64,000 nt of DNA from Nitrospira sp. (GCA_005116885.1 SWDP01000024.1:4304-68303), one strand, 5' to 3'. Counted from the first letter of the stretch, positions 40,851-51,425 are shown. Notes: generated from the letters alone by a model not told the origin. Translations and numbers: made by a program.

Positions 40851-41324
40851 TCACACGCTTGCAGGAACGTGACCGCGCTGGTCAGAGCCCTCGGGTGGCG
40901 GTTCGTTGATCACGCCCCAAAACACACCAAGTTCTTTCACGGCGGTGATGAACTGGTGAAACTCGACCGGTTTCACCACATAGGCGTTAGCACCCAACGC
41001 ATAGCTTTTGGATAAATCGCACTCCTCGCGTGAGGAGGTGAGCATGACGACAGGAATCGGTTTGAGATTCACGTCGCTCTTAATGGTTTTCAAGACCTCG
41101 AGCCCATCAACCTTTGGCATCTTGAGGTCCAGAAATACGACCGCGGGATTACCCTGCTGCCTGGAGGAAAAGGTTCCGCGGCAATAGAGATAGTCGAGGA
41201 CTTCAGCTCCATCGCGGCAGACCACCACTTTGTCGGCGATGTGATGTTCTTCCATGGCGGCCATCGCGAGCTCGGCGTCACGTGGATTATCTTCGGCAAG
41301 CAGGATGGGCTTGACAGTGGTCAT
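40851..41324 (-). CDS. single-domain response regulator (CheY-like receiver)
   Basis: LLAEDNPRDAEL..., phospho-acceptor context VVFLDLKMPKVDG, then MLTSS...K. Its start overlaps the kinase stop codon. Confidence 0.88.
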   Translation of the reverse strand: MTTVKPILLAEDNPRDAELAMAAMEEHHIADKVVVCRDGAEVLDYLYCRGTFSSRQQGNPAVVFLDLKMPKVDGLEVLKTIKSDVNLKPIPVVMLTSSREECDLSKSYALGANAYVVKPVEFHQFITAVKELGVFWGVINEPPPEGSDQRGHVPASV

Positions 41325-42880
41325 GAGAGAGACCTCGCGAGCGGGAGTGAAAAGTAGAAGGTGGCTCCTTGGTCCACACCGCCTTCGGCTCGGGTTCGTC
41401 CACCATGCCGATGGATGATTCGGCGCACGTTGGCGAGGCCGATGCCGGTGCCTTCAAATTCGTCGTTCCGATGCAGGCGCTGGAATACGCCGAATAACTT
41501 GTCCACATACTGCATATCGAATCCTACCCCGTTATCGCGCACGAAGACATCAACGTCGGTGGGGCCTTGTGTGGCGACACCGATTTCGATCTTGGCTTCA
41601 GGCCTGGTGGCCGTGAACTTGAGTGCGTTGGAAATCAGATTGACGAATACTTGGCGCAACATAGCCGGATCTCCCGATACGTTGGGTAATGGATGCATTG
41701 TCCAGGAGATCGCCCGCCCTTGCAAGTCAAGACGTAAATCGTGAAGGACGGTCTTGATGAGTTGGTCGAGGCTCACCGTTGTGTGGAGCATGTCCTGGCG
41801 GCCCATACGGGAAAAGACGAGCAGATCGTCGATCAGCTGCCCCATCTGCTTCGCGGAGCCTGAAATCGTTTCTAGATAACGGCGCGCTTTGTCATTGAGC
41901 GTGTCACCAGCCGCCTTGGACAACAGGGCTGCGTATCCGTCGATATGCCTGAGCGGGGCTCGCAGGTCGTGCGACACGGAATAGCTGAACGCTTCCAATT
42001 CTTTATTGGCGGCCTGGAGTAATTCGCCTCGGCTTCGTAATTCCTTCGCGACGCGACGTCGCTCGGTGACATCGTGATGGATCAGAAAATAGACAGAGGC
42101 TAAGAGGACGAGCTGTAAGAACGCGCCAAGGCCGAGCAGGGCGATGGTATTGTGTGTGCTTCCAGCGGATTGTGCCACGCGAGTCTGAAGCGCGCGTTGT
42201 TCGACTGTGTCGAGTTCCGTCATGAGACGACGGATTTCATCGATCTTGTTTTTCCCCGCCCCGGAGAGTGCGAGGTGACGGACGCCCTCATACCCGTGTT
42301 TTTTGCGTTGGGCGATGGATTTTTCCTCTGTTTCCAACTGCCTGGTGATGAGCTGTTCGAGTGTCGCCACGAGGTTCTGTTGTTGGCCCCCCTCGTTGGT
42401 TAGTCCTCTCAGATACCGAAGGTATTCGGGCATTCGTTCGACAACAGTCCGGTAGGATGAGAGGTATGATTCGTCGCCGGTGACGAGATAGCGCCGATGG
42501 CTGCTTTCAGCGGTGCCGAGAGTATCTTCGATGGAGCCAAGTAGTTGTACTAATTCGTGGCTTTTAGTATCGAGCTGGCTGTTCTCGATCAAAATGATGG
42601 TGTTGCGGTAGGAAATGGCGCTGATGACCACAATGCCGGCAAAGACGAGCCCAAACCCCACAAGGACTCGCCGCTCGATAGACCAATGGTCGAACCACTC
42701 CACGAGCCAGCCTGTCTTGGGAGTCGGGGGAGGACTGCTATCGTGAGCTGGTTCCGATCGAACGGGTGCGAGAGTCGCCGGGCGTTCCTGCGTGACGGAT
42801 TCCATGGTTCGAATATGCGGCGCGAGCGTGGACGAAGATAGCGTTGTAGAAACTGTACCCTCCTCCTGAAAACCCTGCAA
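41321..42880 (-). CDS. sensor histidine kinase with CHASE3 sensor domain
   Basis: It has the CHASE3 hallmark HRRYLVTGDESYLSSY between two TM segments, the HisKA H-box SYSVSHDLRAPLRHI, and HATPase N/G boxes (NALKFT, DNGVGFD, GTGIGL). The true start may lie downstream of 42880. Confidence 0.88.
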   Translation of the reverse strand: MQGFQEEGTVSTTLSSSTLAPHIRTMESVTQERPATLAPVRSEPAHDSSPPPTPKTGWLVEWFDHWSIERRVLVGFGLVFAGIVVISAISYRNTIILIENSQLDTKSHELVQLLGSIEDTLGTAESSHRRYLVTGDESYLSSYRTVVERMPEYLRYLRGLTNEGGQQQNLVATLEQLITRQLETEEKSIAQRKKHGYEGVRHLALSGAGKNKIDEIRRLMTELDTVEQRALQTRVAQSAGSTHNTIALLGLGAFLQLVLLASVYFLIHHDVTERRRVAKELRSRGELLQAANKELEAFSYSVSHDLRAPLRHIDGYAALLSKAAGDTLNDKARRYLETISGSAKQMGQLIDDLLVFSRMGRQDMLHTTVSLDQLIKTVLHDLRLDLQGRAISWTMHPLPNVSGDPAMLRQVFVNLISNALKFTATRPEAKIEIGVATQGPTDVDVFVRDNGVGFDMQYVDKLFGVFQRLHRNDEFEGTGIGLANVRRIIHRHGGRTRAEGGVDQGATFYFSLPLARSLS

Positions 42881-42976
42881 GAAATACTGCGCATTGGACG
42901 CTGAGGCTCCGGCGTCGCAAGCGTGCGTCGTTCGTGCGGGTATGGGGCTATGACGAGCAGTGCCGTCAGGGTGTTA

Positions 42977-43149
42977 GCCCGCATGATTCATGAAGGTTCT
43001 GCTTCAAGCGCGGATACGCGACTGTGACGGGCAGTCTCCCCGTTCAGCTCTTCGACAGGCTGCACGAGTATGCCTCAGGGCTTCACGCCTCCGAGTGCCC
43101 GTCTCGCGTCTGCACGCGTTCGCGACGAACCGTCATGAATCATGCGGGC
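42977..43149 (-). repeat. family-B MITE-like element, copy f
   Basis: Termini are GCCCGCATGATTCATGA ... TCATGAATCATGCGGGC (perfect 17-bp inverted repeat). Its right terminus supplies the last 4 sense codons and the stop codon of nuoN. Confidence 0.8.
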
Positions 43150-44650
43150 TAGCCCCCGAAGGGGATGACGGCAGGGGGGCGGGAAGGGATGCGGTTGGAT
43201 CAGCCACATCCGCAAACATCATGACGGCCGAGACAACCCAGTCGGTGACTGGTTGCGGATAGATACCGATCGCGAGGGTGCCGGCCAGACAGACGTATAT
43301 CACCGCTTTGATCGGACCCGATACCTTCAGCGGTGACCGATCATGGGGTTCGCTGACATACATCTTTTTCACGACGATCAGGTAGTAATACATGGAAATG
43401 ACGATGTTAATGAGCCCGACCGTGATGAGTACGTAGAGCCCTTCCTTGATGGCCGCGACAAAGATATACAGCTTGCCGATGAAGCCGGCTAGCGGGGGCA
43501 CCCCAGCCAGAGACAAGAGGAAAATCAGCATCGAAAAGGCGAGAAAAGGCGACCGGCGCCCCAAGCCGCTGTAGTCGTCGATTTCCTCGCTGCCGATGGC
43601 CTCACTGACGGCGATGACAATGGCAAACGCACCGAGATTGGCGAACAGATACGTCAAGAGGTAGAACAACATCGCATCGCTGCCCATCTTCGTACCGGTC
43701 GCGAGACCGATCAGCACATTGCCGATCTGGGCAATACCGGAATAGGCCAAGAGCCGTTTCATGTTCTTTTGGGCGATGGCCACGATGTTGCCATAGGTCA
43801 TAGACAAGATCGATGCCGCGACCAGCAACAGGGTCCAGATTGGCTTAAATGTCACCAAGGAGACGAGGAACATTCTCAAGAGGATGGCAAAGGCCGCCCC
43901 CTTGGGGGCAATTGAGAGAAATGCCGTCACCGGAGTCGGCGAGCCATGATAGGTGTCCGGAATCCACGAGTGAAAAGGCACAGAACCAATTTTGAATCCC
44001 AATGCAGCGAAAATCAGTAGGAATCCAATGGCTAATCCCGGAGAGGCCTGCGCGGTCTTCATATCAGAAAACACCAGTTTGCCTGTTTCCCCGTAGACCA
44101 AGCTGATGCCATAGGCGAGGAGTGCGGCAGCGAAGATGCCCAGGATGAAAAATTTGATACCCGCTTCATTCGAGCCTATGTCGTCGCGGAGATAGGCCAC
44201 GAGGACATAGAAACCGAGAGTGGAAAATTCCAGTGCGACGAAGACCGACAGCAGGTCGTTCGCCGAAGCCATGAACATCATTCCCAGTGCCGACATGACG
44301 ACGAGAAAATAATATTCTCCGCGGAAGAACTTGAATCGATGCATGTAATCGACGGAGACGAGAATGACGAGGATCGTCGATCCGACGATAAACATTTTGA
44401 AGAACAGGGCCATCCGGTCGAGGGCGAACATGTTTGCGAAGAGGGTCCCGGTGATGCCGGCGACATCGAACCAGATCAGGCAGCCGAGGGTGGCAACGAG
44501 CCCTGCAATGCTGAAATAGGCCAATTGTTCGTTGGGCAGCCGAGGAAAGGAGAAATCAACGATCAGGATAAGACAGAGCCAGACCGTGAGCAGGATCTCC
44601 GGTAACAGCAACAGGAGATCGGAGGGAGACATCGTGAACGAAAAGGTCAT
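43133..44650 (-). CDS. nuoN: NADH-quinone oxidoreductase subunit N
   Basis: 505-aa polytopic antiporter-like subunit and the last gene of the nuo operon. Its start overlaps the nuoM stop (ATGA). Confidence 0.9.
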   Translation of the reverse strand: MTFSFTMSPSDLLLLLPEILLTVWLCLILIVDFSFPRLPNEQLAYFSIAGLVATLGCLIWFDVAGITGTLFANMFALDRMALFFKMFIVGSTILVILVSVDYMHRFKFFRGEYYFLVVMSALGMMFMASANDLLSVFVALEFSTLGFYVLVAYLRDDIGSNEAGIKFFILGIFAAALLAYGISLVYGETGKLVFSDMKTAQASPGLAIGFLLIFAALGFKIGSVPFHSWIPDTYHGSPTPVTAFLSIAPKGAAFAILLRMFLVSLVTFKPIWTLLLVAASILSMTYGNIVAIAQKNMKRLLAYSGIAQIGNVLIGLATGTKMGSDAMLFYLLTYLFANLGAFAIVIAVSEAIGSEEIDDYSGLGRRSPFLAFSMLIFLLSLAGVPPLAGFIGKLYIFVAAIKEGLYVLITVGLINIVISMYYYLIVVKKMYVSEPHDRSPLKVSGPIKAVIYVCLAGTLAIGIYPQPVTDWVVSAVMMFADVADPTASLPAPLPSSPSGASPHDS

Positions 44651-46356
44651 TCTTTGCCTCGTGAAGCGTGAAGCGTATCGCGTGAAGCGTTATCGGAAAC
44701 GTCCTGCGGTCGGTTCGGTACACCGCCGGTTTGCGCTTCACGCTTCACGCTTAACAGTTCACGATCTTGGGAGGCCACCGGGACCACGCGGGTGATCTTC
44801 GCAATCAAGGGATCGACGCCGGACCGCACTACATTGTAGAGGTGCATGGGGAAGAAAAAGAACCCGATGGTCACGGTAATCATGATCAAGAGTGGGAGAC
44901 GATCAGGTAGGGAGACGGCATCATGCGCGTGACTATACTTCTGGTCCATGGGCCCGTAGAAGAGTCCACGCATCATCTTGAACAAGTAGGCCAGGGTCAA
45001 GACGATCCCGACCACGGCCACAATAACTTGGAGAGGATACTTGTTCCAACTACCGACGATGATCATCACTTCGGCGATGAAGTTCACCGTGCCGGGGACG
45101 CCGATTGAGGCCATGCACCCCACCACGAAACAGCCGGAGATGAACGGCATGCGATTTGAGAGCCCGCCGAGCGAGGGAATGTCGCGGGTGTGCGTCTGAT
45201 CGTACACCCACCCGGCCATGGCGAAGAGCATGGCCGTGGCCATCGCATGGGCGAACATATACATCACTGCACCGGTCAAGCTGATGTAGTCCAGAGCGGC
45301 CATACCTAAGAAGACATATCCCATGTGACTGGAACTGGAATATCCGATCACATACTTGGTGTCTTTGGCATAAAACGCCACGAACCCGCCATAGACGATA
45401 CTGAACATACAGAGCACGGCCGCGATGGGCATGAGCTCTCTCGTCGTTTCGGGCAAAATCTCAAAGGCCACCCGGATGATGGAAAAATGGCCGAGCTTCA
45501 TCAGGACGCCCGCGTGCAACATGCTCGTGGCGGCCGGCGCGGCTGCGTGGCCGACGGGGGACCAGGAGTGTAACGGCCATAACGGAGCAATCGAGGCAAA
45601 GCCGAAGAAGATCAAGATCCAAATAATCTTGTCTAGCGTCGTGCCTAGAACCGGGATATTCATCAGCTTGGCCTGCTCACGCAAAACCAAAATGTCAAAG
45701 GTGTTGAGCCCCGAATACTTGTAGATCAGCAAAATTCCCATCAACGCCGCGACGGCAAAGGCCGAGAGAAAGAGCACCAGCTTCATGGCGGCGTATTCTT
45801 TACTGTTGGACCCGAAGTTGAAGATAAACTTTACCGAATCCCGCAGCTTGAGACCTTCCGGATCCGTCATCTCATTGTAGGTTTTCGTATGGCTTCCCCA
45901 CATGCCCAACAAGAGATACATGGGGATGACGGACATTTCATAGAAGAAGAACAGGAAGAAGAGGTCCAAGGACATGAACACGCCGATCGTCGCAGCAGCC
46001 AGGATGAGCAGCCAGATATAGAATTCTTTCGTCCGGTCTTTGATGTGCCAGGACACAAAAATTCCTGCGAACAACAAGATGCTCGACGCCAGCACCAGCG
46101 GGGTGCCAATCCCATCCACTCCAAGATGGAGCGAGATGCCTAGCTGGCGAGACCATTCAAATTGCTGGACAAATTGGAAGCCTCCCTTCACGTGATCGTA
46201 CGCGTAAAACAGATAGAGTGAGGCGAGTAAGGAGATAAAAGCTGATCCCGCCGCAATCCCTCGTACGAGCATCGTTTGCCGGTTAGAGACGAAGATCAGC
46301 GCAATGGCTCCCACAAAGGGGGCAAACAGAATAAAGAGCAGAGTGAGATCACCCAT
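44647..46356 (-). CDS. nuoM: NADH-quinone oxidoreductase subunit M (copy 1, with a repeat-encoded hydrophilic C-terminal tail)
   Basis: 569-aa Mrp-antiporter-like subunit. The last ~42 residues (ASQDRELLSVKREAQTGGVPNRPQDVSDNASRDTLHASRGKE) are encoded by the heptamer inverted repeat at 44660-44751. Confidence 0.9.
   Translation of the reverse strand: MGDLTLLFILFAPFVGAIALIFVSNRQTMLVRGIAAGSAFISLLASLYLFYAYDHVKGGFQFVQQFEWSRQLGISLHLGVDGIGTPLVLASSILLFAGIFVSWHIKDRTKEFYIWLLILAAATIGVFMSLDLFFLFFFYEMSVIPMYLLLGMWGSHTKTYNEMTDPEGLKLRDSVKFIFNFGSNSKEYAAMKLVLFLSAFAVAALMGILLIYKYSGLNTFDILVLREQAKLMNIPVLGTTLDKIIWILIFFGFASIAPLWPLHSWSPVGHAAAPAATSMLHAGVLMKLGHFSIIRVAFEILPETTRELMPIAAVLCMFSIVYGGFVAFYAKDTKYVIGYSSSSHMGYVFLGMAALDYISLTGAVMYMFAHAMATAMLFAMAGWVYDQTHTRDIPSLGGLSNRMPFISGCFVVGCMASIGVPGTVNFIAEVMIIVGSWNKYPLQVIVAVVGIVLTLAYLFKMMRGLFYGPMDQKYSHAHDAVSLPDRLPLLIMITVTIGFFFFPMHLYNVVRSGVDPLIAKITRVVPVASQDRELLSVKREAQTGGVPNRPQDVSDNASRDTLHASRGKE
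44660..44751. repeat. inverted arrays of GTGAAGC heptamers (H1)
   Basis: The left arm is CGTGAAGCGTGAAGCGTATCGCGTGAAGCG and the right arm is GCGCTTCACGCTTCACGC. Both lie inside the 3' end of the nuoM copy-1 ORF. Confidence 0.75.
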
Positions 46357-46361
46357 ACGAA

Positions 46362-47921
46362 TTAATCCACGCGTATCGGCTGTTTAGATTCAGCCGACGC
46401 CACGGTTCCCCCTTCTAGTCGATCCACCAATGCTTGCACTGATCCGTTCATCATTCTCAAGAAAGGCGCAGGATAGAGGCCTATCCAGAGGATCATCACC
46501 GACAAGGCCGCCGCAATGAGTATTTCGCGAGGATGCAGATCGCTCATGGATTCCTTGACGGCTTTTCCAAGAGGTCCCAGCATCGATCGCTCGTAGTACC
46601 AGAGAAAATAGGCTGCACCGAAGATGACACCGGTGACCGCAATCCCCCCGTATAACCAATTGGCCTTGAAGGTCCCCAAGAGGATGAGGAATTCACCGAC
46701 GAACCCGTTGGTGCCCGGCAAACCGATTGATGCCAGCCCAATGAATAAGAAAAAACTCGCGAGCAAGGGAGTCTGTTTAGCCATACCGCCAAATGAGCTC
46801 AGCTGGGTGCTCTGTTGCCGTGAGTAGAGAAAGCCCGCGATAAAGAATAACCCTGCCGTGCTGAATCCCAAATTGATCATGGTGAGCAAGCTGCCTTGCA
46901 GGCCCTGATAGTTGAGGGCAAACAGCCCGATCACCACGAATCCAAGATGGCTGATGCTGCTGAACGCGAGAAGCCGGCGAAAGTCTTGCTGGACCAGCGC
47001 CATGATGGCCCCGTAGAGAATTGCTGCCAATCCCAGGGCCATGGTGATCGCGACAACAGTCTGACTTTTCGATGCGTCCGGGAGCAAAGGAATACTAAAC
47101 CGGATGAAGCCGAATGTCCCAAGCTTCAACCCTGCCAGCACCACCGCCATGCCGATAGGGCCTTCGAAGAGCGCGTCTGGGAGCCAGGTGTGAAAGGGGA
47201 ACACCGGGGCCTTGAACGCGAAACCGAGGAACAACAGCCAGAAAATGAGGACTTGCTGGTCGAACGGAATCGGAACTGAGAGCAGCTGCAATAAGTCGAA
47301 CGAGTAGGTCGGCTCCATATGGCGGAGCATCGCCCATTGGTGATAGTTGATGTCCAGGAGGGCGATACCTACCAACATAAAGACGCTGCCGAGCAAGGTA
47401 TAGAGGACGAATTTCAAGGCAGCGTAATGTCGTTCGGCTCCTCCACCCCAAAGTTTGATCAAAAAATAACTGGGGATCAGCATCAGTTCCCAGAACACAA
47501 AAAAGAGGATCAGGTCGATGGAGAGTAAGACTCCCATCGTGGTCGTCTCAAGGGCGAGGAGCGCCATCATATAGAGCTTCACTTGATGGCGGACGGTGTC
47601 CCACGAATAGATGATGATCAGGACAGTAAGGAATGCGGTGAGTCCGACGAAAAGGACACTGATGCCATCCACCGCGAGGTGGTAGCTGACCCCGAGGGCG
47701 GGAATCCACGGCACGTGTTCGGAAAACTGCATGGCAGCCGATTCGGGAATGAATCGTAAGAGCACGAACACACAGAGGGCCAACTCCAAGAGCGCAACTG
47801 TCAAAGCGGACGTTCTCACCATGTCCTCATCGTCGAACAGCCACAGGACGACGGCCCCGATGACGGGGAGAAACAGAATACAGGTGAGAATCGGGAACGT
47901 TGATGCCAGTTCTTCTAACAT
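46362..47921 (-). CDS. nuoM: NADH-quinone oxidoreductase subunit M (copy 2)
   Basis: 519-aa second NuoM-type antiporter-like subunit, lying between nuoL and the other nuoM. Confidence 0.9.
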   Translation of the reverse strand: MLEELASTFPILTCILFLPVIGAVVLWLFDDEDMVRTSALTVALLELALCVFVLLRFIPESAAMQFSEHVPWIPALGVSYHLAVDGISVLFVGLTAFLTVLIIIYSWDTVRHQVKLYMMALLALETTTMGVLLSIDLILFFVFWELMLIPSYFLIKLWGGGAERHYAALKFVLYTLLGSVFMLVGIALLDINYHQWAMLRHMEPTYSFDLLQLLSVPIPFDQQVLIFWLLFLGFAFKAPVFPFHTWLPDALFEGPIGMAVVLAGLKLGTFGFIRFSIPLLPDASKSQTVVAITMALGLAAILYGAIMALVQQDFRRLLAFSSISHLGFVVIGLFALNYQGLQGSLLTMINLGFSTAGLFFIAGFLYSRQQSTQLSSFGGMAKQTPLLASFFLFIGLASIGLPGTNGFVGEFLILLGTFKANWLYGGIAVTGVIFGAAYFLWYYERSMLGPLGKAVKESMSDLHPREILIAAALSVMILWIGLYPAPFLRMMNGSVQALVDRLEGGTVASAESKQPIRVD

Positions 47922-47930
47922 GTCAGCGCA

Positions 47931-49895
47931 CTACAGTTGCATGATGAGTTGAACAATGACGGCCAACAGGAAAATTCCTGCCACAATGACCGCGGCATAA
48001 TGATGGACCATCCCACTCTGCAGCTGCCGCCATTGGCGTGCGGCGAGATGGTTGCCGTAACCGATTGCATTGAGACCCCCGTAAATCACGTACTTTTCCG
48101 CCCATGTCGAAGCGGCTGCGACCAAATCGGCCAACTGCGCGACGGCATGAACGAGGCCGTCGATCACGAAGCGGTCGAACCAATCGAGCCAACGTCCCAA
48201 TGTCTTGGTCGGCTCCACCCATATCAAGTCATAGAGCTCATCGATGTAGTACTTGTTGAGCAGGGTCGTGTAGGCAGCCTTGAATTGCTTCGCCAGGCGA
48301 TCCGGCGCCGAGAGATTCACGCTATAAAAATAGTGCGCGAGGGCCCAGCCTAACAACGCAATGCCTGTCGCCACCATCATGAGCGTCAGCACGAGTCCGG
48401 TGCTCACGGCATGCTCTCCTCCGAGACCTGCGACCGGTTCAAGAAATTGATGGAGCCAGCCCTGTTCAGGGGGAAACCCCAGAAACCCACCGAGAATGGA
48501 CAGCACGCCTAACACCATAAGCGGACCCACCATCACCATTGGGGACTCATGGACATGTTCTTCCGTGTGGTGGTCCATGCGGGATGTGCCATAAAAGGTC
48601 AGATACATCAGGCGGAACATGTAGAAGGAGGTCAAAAGCGCGCCGAGAGCAGCCATGCCGTACAGCAGATAGTGGTGATGCGTGAAGGCATGGGCCAGGA
48701 TTTCATCTTTGCTCCAGAAACCTGCCAGTGGCGGAATGCCTGCAATCGCGATGGTGCCGATGAGAAATAGTCGATGGGTCCAGGGGATCTTCGAACTGAG
48801 TCCACCCATCTTTCGAATGTCTTGTTCACCCGAGAGCGCGTGGATGACCGATCCGGCCGTGAGGAACAAGAGGGCCTTGAAGAAGGCATGGGTCATAAGG
48901 TGGAAGATGGCGGCCGTATAGGCTCCGATCCCGCACCCGAGAAACATGTACCCGAGTTGACTCACCGTTGAATAGGCCAAGACCCGCTTGATGTCTGTTT
49001 GCACCAGCCCGATCGTGGCGGCGAACAATGCGGTGATTCCACCGATGGTGCCAACGATCGCCATGGCCGTCGGCGATGAATCGAAAATGACATGGTTTCG
49101 CACGATCATGTAGACCCCGGCCGTTACCATTGTCGCCGCATGGATGAGCGCGCTGACGGGTGTGGGACCTTCCATCGCGTCCGGGAGCCAGGTATAGAGA
49201 GGAATCTGGGCTGATTTGCCCACTGCCCCCACGAGGAGGCACAGCGCAATTGCCGTGGCCATCTCCGGCGAGAGCAGGCCGATCTGGGCAAAGACTTTCG
49301 TATAGTCGAGTGTCTTGAAATTGACAAAAATGAGGAAAATGGCCAGCAGGAATCCTGCGTCGCCGATGCGATTCACCACAAAGGCTTTCGAGGCGGCTTT
49401 GGCGGCGGAGACCTTGTCGTAGTAGTAGCCGATCAATAGATAGGAACAGAGTCCTACTCCTTCCCACCCGATGAAGAGCACCACATAGTTGTTCCCCATG
49501 ACGAGCAGCAACATGGAGACCATGAAGAGGTTCATATACGTGAAGAATCGGGTGAACCCGCTTTCTCCGTGCATGTAGCCGACGGAGTAGATGTGGATCA
49601 GGAGCCCGACTCCAGTCACGACGAGCAGCATGATGCACGTCAGAGGATCCACGAGATAGGCGAGATTGATGGTGAGGTCTCCGCCGAAGATCCATTGATA
49701 GGCGATGACTTCATAAGACTTGCCGGTCCTCAGGATGTCGACAAAGACGGCGATCGTGCTGAGAAACGACAATCCCACCGATCCCCAGGCAAGCCGGTGC
49801 GCGGTCTCGTGGGAATATCGCTTGCCGAGCAACCCGTTCAGGATCACAGCCAGCAAGGGAAACAGCGGAATGAGCTTGATGAGCAGATCGGTCAC
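47931..49895 (-). CDS. nuoL: NADH-quinone oxidoreductase subunit L (long form, 654 aa)
   Basis: NuoL-type N-terminus and antiporter core. The C-terminal region is long enough for an extended lateral helix (E. coli NuoL is about 613 aa). Confidence 0.92.
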   Translation of the reverse strand: MTDLLIKLIPLFPLLAVILNGLLGKRYSHETAHRLAWGSVGLSFLSTIAVFVDILRTGKSYEVIAYQWIFGGDLTINLAYLVDPLTCIMLLVVTGVGLLIHIYSVGYMHGESGFTRFFTYMNLFMVSMLLLVMGNNYVVLFIGWEGVGLCSYLLIGYYYDKVSAAKAASKAFVVNRIGDAGFLLAIFLIFVNFKTLDYTKVFAQIGLLSPEMATAIALCLLVGAVGKSAQIPLYTWLPDAMEGPTPVSALIHAATMVTAGVYMIVRNHVIFDSSPTAMAIVGTIGGITALFAATIGLVQTDIKRVLAYSTVSQLGYMFLGCGIGAYTAAIFHLMTHAFFKALLFLTAGSVIHALSGEQDIRKMGGLSSKIPWTHRLFLIGTIAIAGIPPLAGFWSKDEILAHAFTHHHYLLYGMAALGALLTSFYMFRLMYLTFYGTSRMDHHTEEHVHESPMVMVGPLMVLGVLSILGGFLGFPPEQGWLHQFLEPVAGLGGEHAVSTGLVLTLMMVATGIALLGWALAHYFYSVNLSAPDRLAKQFKAAYTTLLNKYYIDELYDLIWVEPTKTLGRWLDWFDRFVIDGLVHAVAQLADLVAAASTWAEKYVIYGGLNAIGYGNHLAARQWRQLQSGMVHHYAAVIVAGIFLLAVIVQLIMQL

Positions 49896-49896
49896 G

Positions 49897-50199
49897 TTAC
49901 CACTTTAAGAAGTTCATCTCGTCCACGTTTGTGGAGATCTTTCCACGGAACACGACGATGATAATGGCGAGCCCAATCGCCGCTTCCCCGGCGGCAATGG
50001 CAATGATAAAGAGGGCGACCAGTTGGCCTGCCATGGATTCCAGGTAATGGGAAAAGGCGATGAGGTTAATGTTCGCCGCATTCAACATAATCTCGACGGA
50101 CATCAGCACGATGATGAAGTTTCGCCTGATTAAGACGCCGAGTAGGCCGGTGATAAAGAGCACGGCACTGACGGCGACATATGCGCTGAGTGGAATCAT
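49897..50199 (-). CDS. nuoK: NADH-quinone oxidoreductase subunit K
   Basis: 100-aa protein with 3 TM segments and the conserved glutamates in TM2/TM3 (SVEIMLNAANI, AAGEAAIGLAI). Confidence 0.92.
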   Translation of the reverse strand: MIPLSAYVAVSAVLFITGLLGVLIRRNFIIVLMSVEIMLNAANINLIAFSHYLESMAGQLVALFIIAIAAGEAAIGLAIIIVVFRGKISTNVDEMNFLKW

Positions 50200-50200
50200 A

Positions 50201-50285
50201 GTGACTCGTGCCTTGTGATTCGTGAAGCGTGCGGCGCGCGAACTCTTGTCTTTTCTGCTGTCACTCGTCCCTTCACGCCTGACCC
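50201..50285. repeat. GTGAAGC-related repeat/hairpin in the nuoJ-nuoK spacer (H2)
   Basis: GTGACTCGTGCCTTGTGATTCGTGAAGCGTG ... GTCACTCGTCCCTTCACGCC. It contains the direct repeat GT(G/C)ACTCGT(G/C)CCTT plus the inverted pair CGTGAAGCG / CCTTCACGC. Confidence 0.55.
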
Positions 50286-50286
50286 C

Positions 50287-50811
50287 TTATACCTTACGTT
50301 CTTTGCTGGCCGGTCTCGGTGTTTTTGCCAGCACAATCGCTCCGATGACGGCGCCGAGTAGAAACACCCCAACGATTTCGAACTGCAACAAGTACTCGCT
50401 GAACATTTTGATTCCGACGGCGTGGGTATCCCCGTGCTCGAGTATCGCCTCGGTCGTGGCGTCGCCTTTTGCACCGCCGAAGGGTGAACGGACGAGGAGG
50501 GCCAACACGAGCAATGATCCGATGGCTGCCGGAACGAGAAAATACAGGTATGAGGAGTGGAAATATCGGTCGTCCGTCTTCAAGTTCATGAGCATCAGGA
50601 CAAAGAGATACAGGACGAGGATTGCGCCGGCGTAGACGATGATCTGCACGGCCCAGAGGAACTCGGCATTGAGGAGGATGAAGAGTCCGGAAACATGGAC
50701 TAACAGCGCCAGGAGGGCGAGACCGCAATGCACCGGGTGCTTGAGCGAAACGGTCAAGACGCCTGCAGCAATACTGGCCAATGCGAAATAGGCAAAAAAG
50801 ACTAAAACCAT
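50287..50811 (-). CDS. nuoJ: NADH-quinone oxidoreductase subunit J
   Basis: The start is taken at MVLVFFAYFAL (50811), 7 nt after the nuoI stop. The ORF track start at 50901 would overlap nuoI by 83 nt. Confidence 0.88.
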   Translation of the reverse strand: MVLVFFAYFALASIAAGVLTVSLKHPVHCGLALLALLVHVSGLFILLNAEFLWAVQIIVYAGAILVLYLFVLMLMNLKTDDRYFHSSYLYFLVPAAIGSLLVLALLVRSPFGGAKGDATTEAILEHGDTHAVGIKMFSEYLLQFEIVGVFLLGAVIGAIVLAKTPRPASKERKV

Positions 50812-50818
50812 CGATTGC

Positions 50819-51406
50819 TTAGCCCAGATGCTTGGGTGGTGGTTGGGTCGGCTTGAGTACCGATTGCGGGAAGTAATACCGATATTCCCGGCTTTCCTCA
50901 ACGTTTTTTTCCTGATTGTGCGCGTATAGATACTTTTTCGCGTCCTCGAGATGACGCTCGCCGATTTCGTACAGCCGTTTCTTGTCGAACAGCAAGGTGC
51001 GTTTGTCGTGGGTCGAGAATTCGTACATCTTCGTCATCGCCAATGCGTTGACAGGACAGGCTTCGACACAGTAGCCGCAAAAGACGCATTTGGTAATGTC
51101 GATGTAAAACTCGCTGGCAAATCGCTGCAGCGGACGCGACGCATCTTCTGAGCTGATGACCTTGATGCAGCGGGAAGGACACGCCGCTTCGCAGAGGTCG
51201 CAGCCGACACAACGTTCCTGGTGATCGTCGTAGCGTAAGAGCGCGAGTGCTCCACGGTGGGTGTCGGGAAGGGTGCGCTGTTCCCGTGGATACTGGAACG
51301 TGATGGGTTTGTGGAACATATGCTTGAACGTCACCTTCATGGCGTCCCAAATTTCATAAAACAATGCGGCCTGGAGTATTTGCTTCGTCAGTGCGGCAAC
51401 ACGCAT
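50819..51406 (-). CDS. nuoI: NADH-quinone oxidoreductase subunit I (2x[4Fe-4S])
   Basis: Two ferredoxin-type motifs are present, CVGCDLCEAACP and CVFCGYCVEACP. Confidence 0.93.
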   Translation of the reverse strand: MRVAALTKQILQAALFYEIWDAMKVTFKHMFHKPITFQYPREQRTLPDTHRGALALLRYDDHQERCVGCDLCEAACPSRCIKVISSEDASRPLQRFASEFYIDITKCVFCGYCVEACPVNALAMTKMYEFSTHDKRTLLFDKKRLYEIGERHLEDAKKYLYAHNQEKNVEESREYRYYFPQSVLKPTQPPPKHLG

Positions 51407-51425
51407 AGGCGTTTCCTGTTCTCTC

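Noticed and set aside
48826-49695. 289-aa minus-strand ORF in an alternative frame of nuoL
   Set aside because: It is on the same strand as NuoL but out of frame. It is Arg/His/Gly-rich with no membrane character, whereas the NuoL frame is continuous and homologous throughout.
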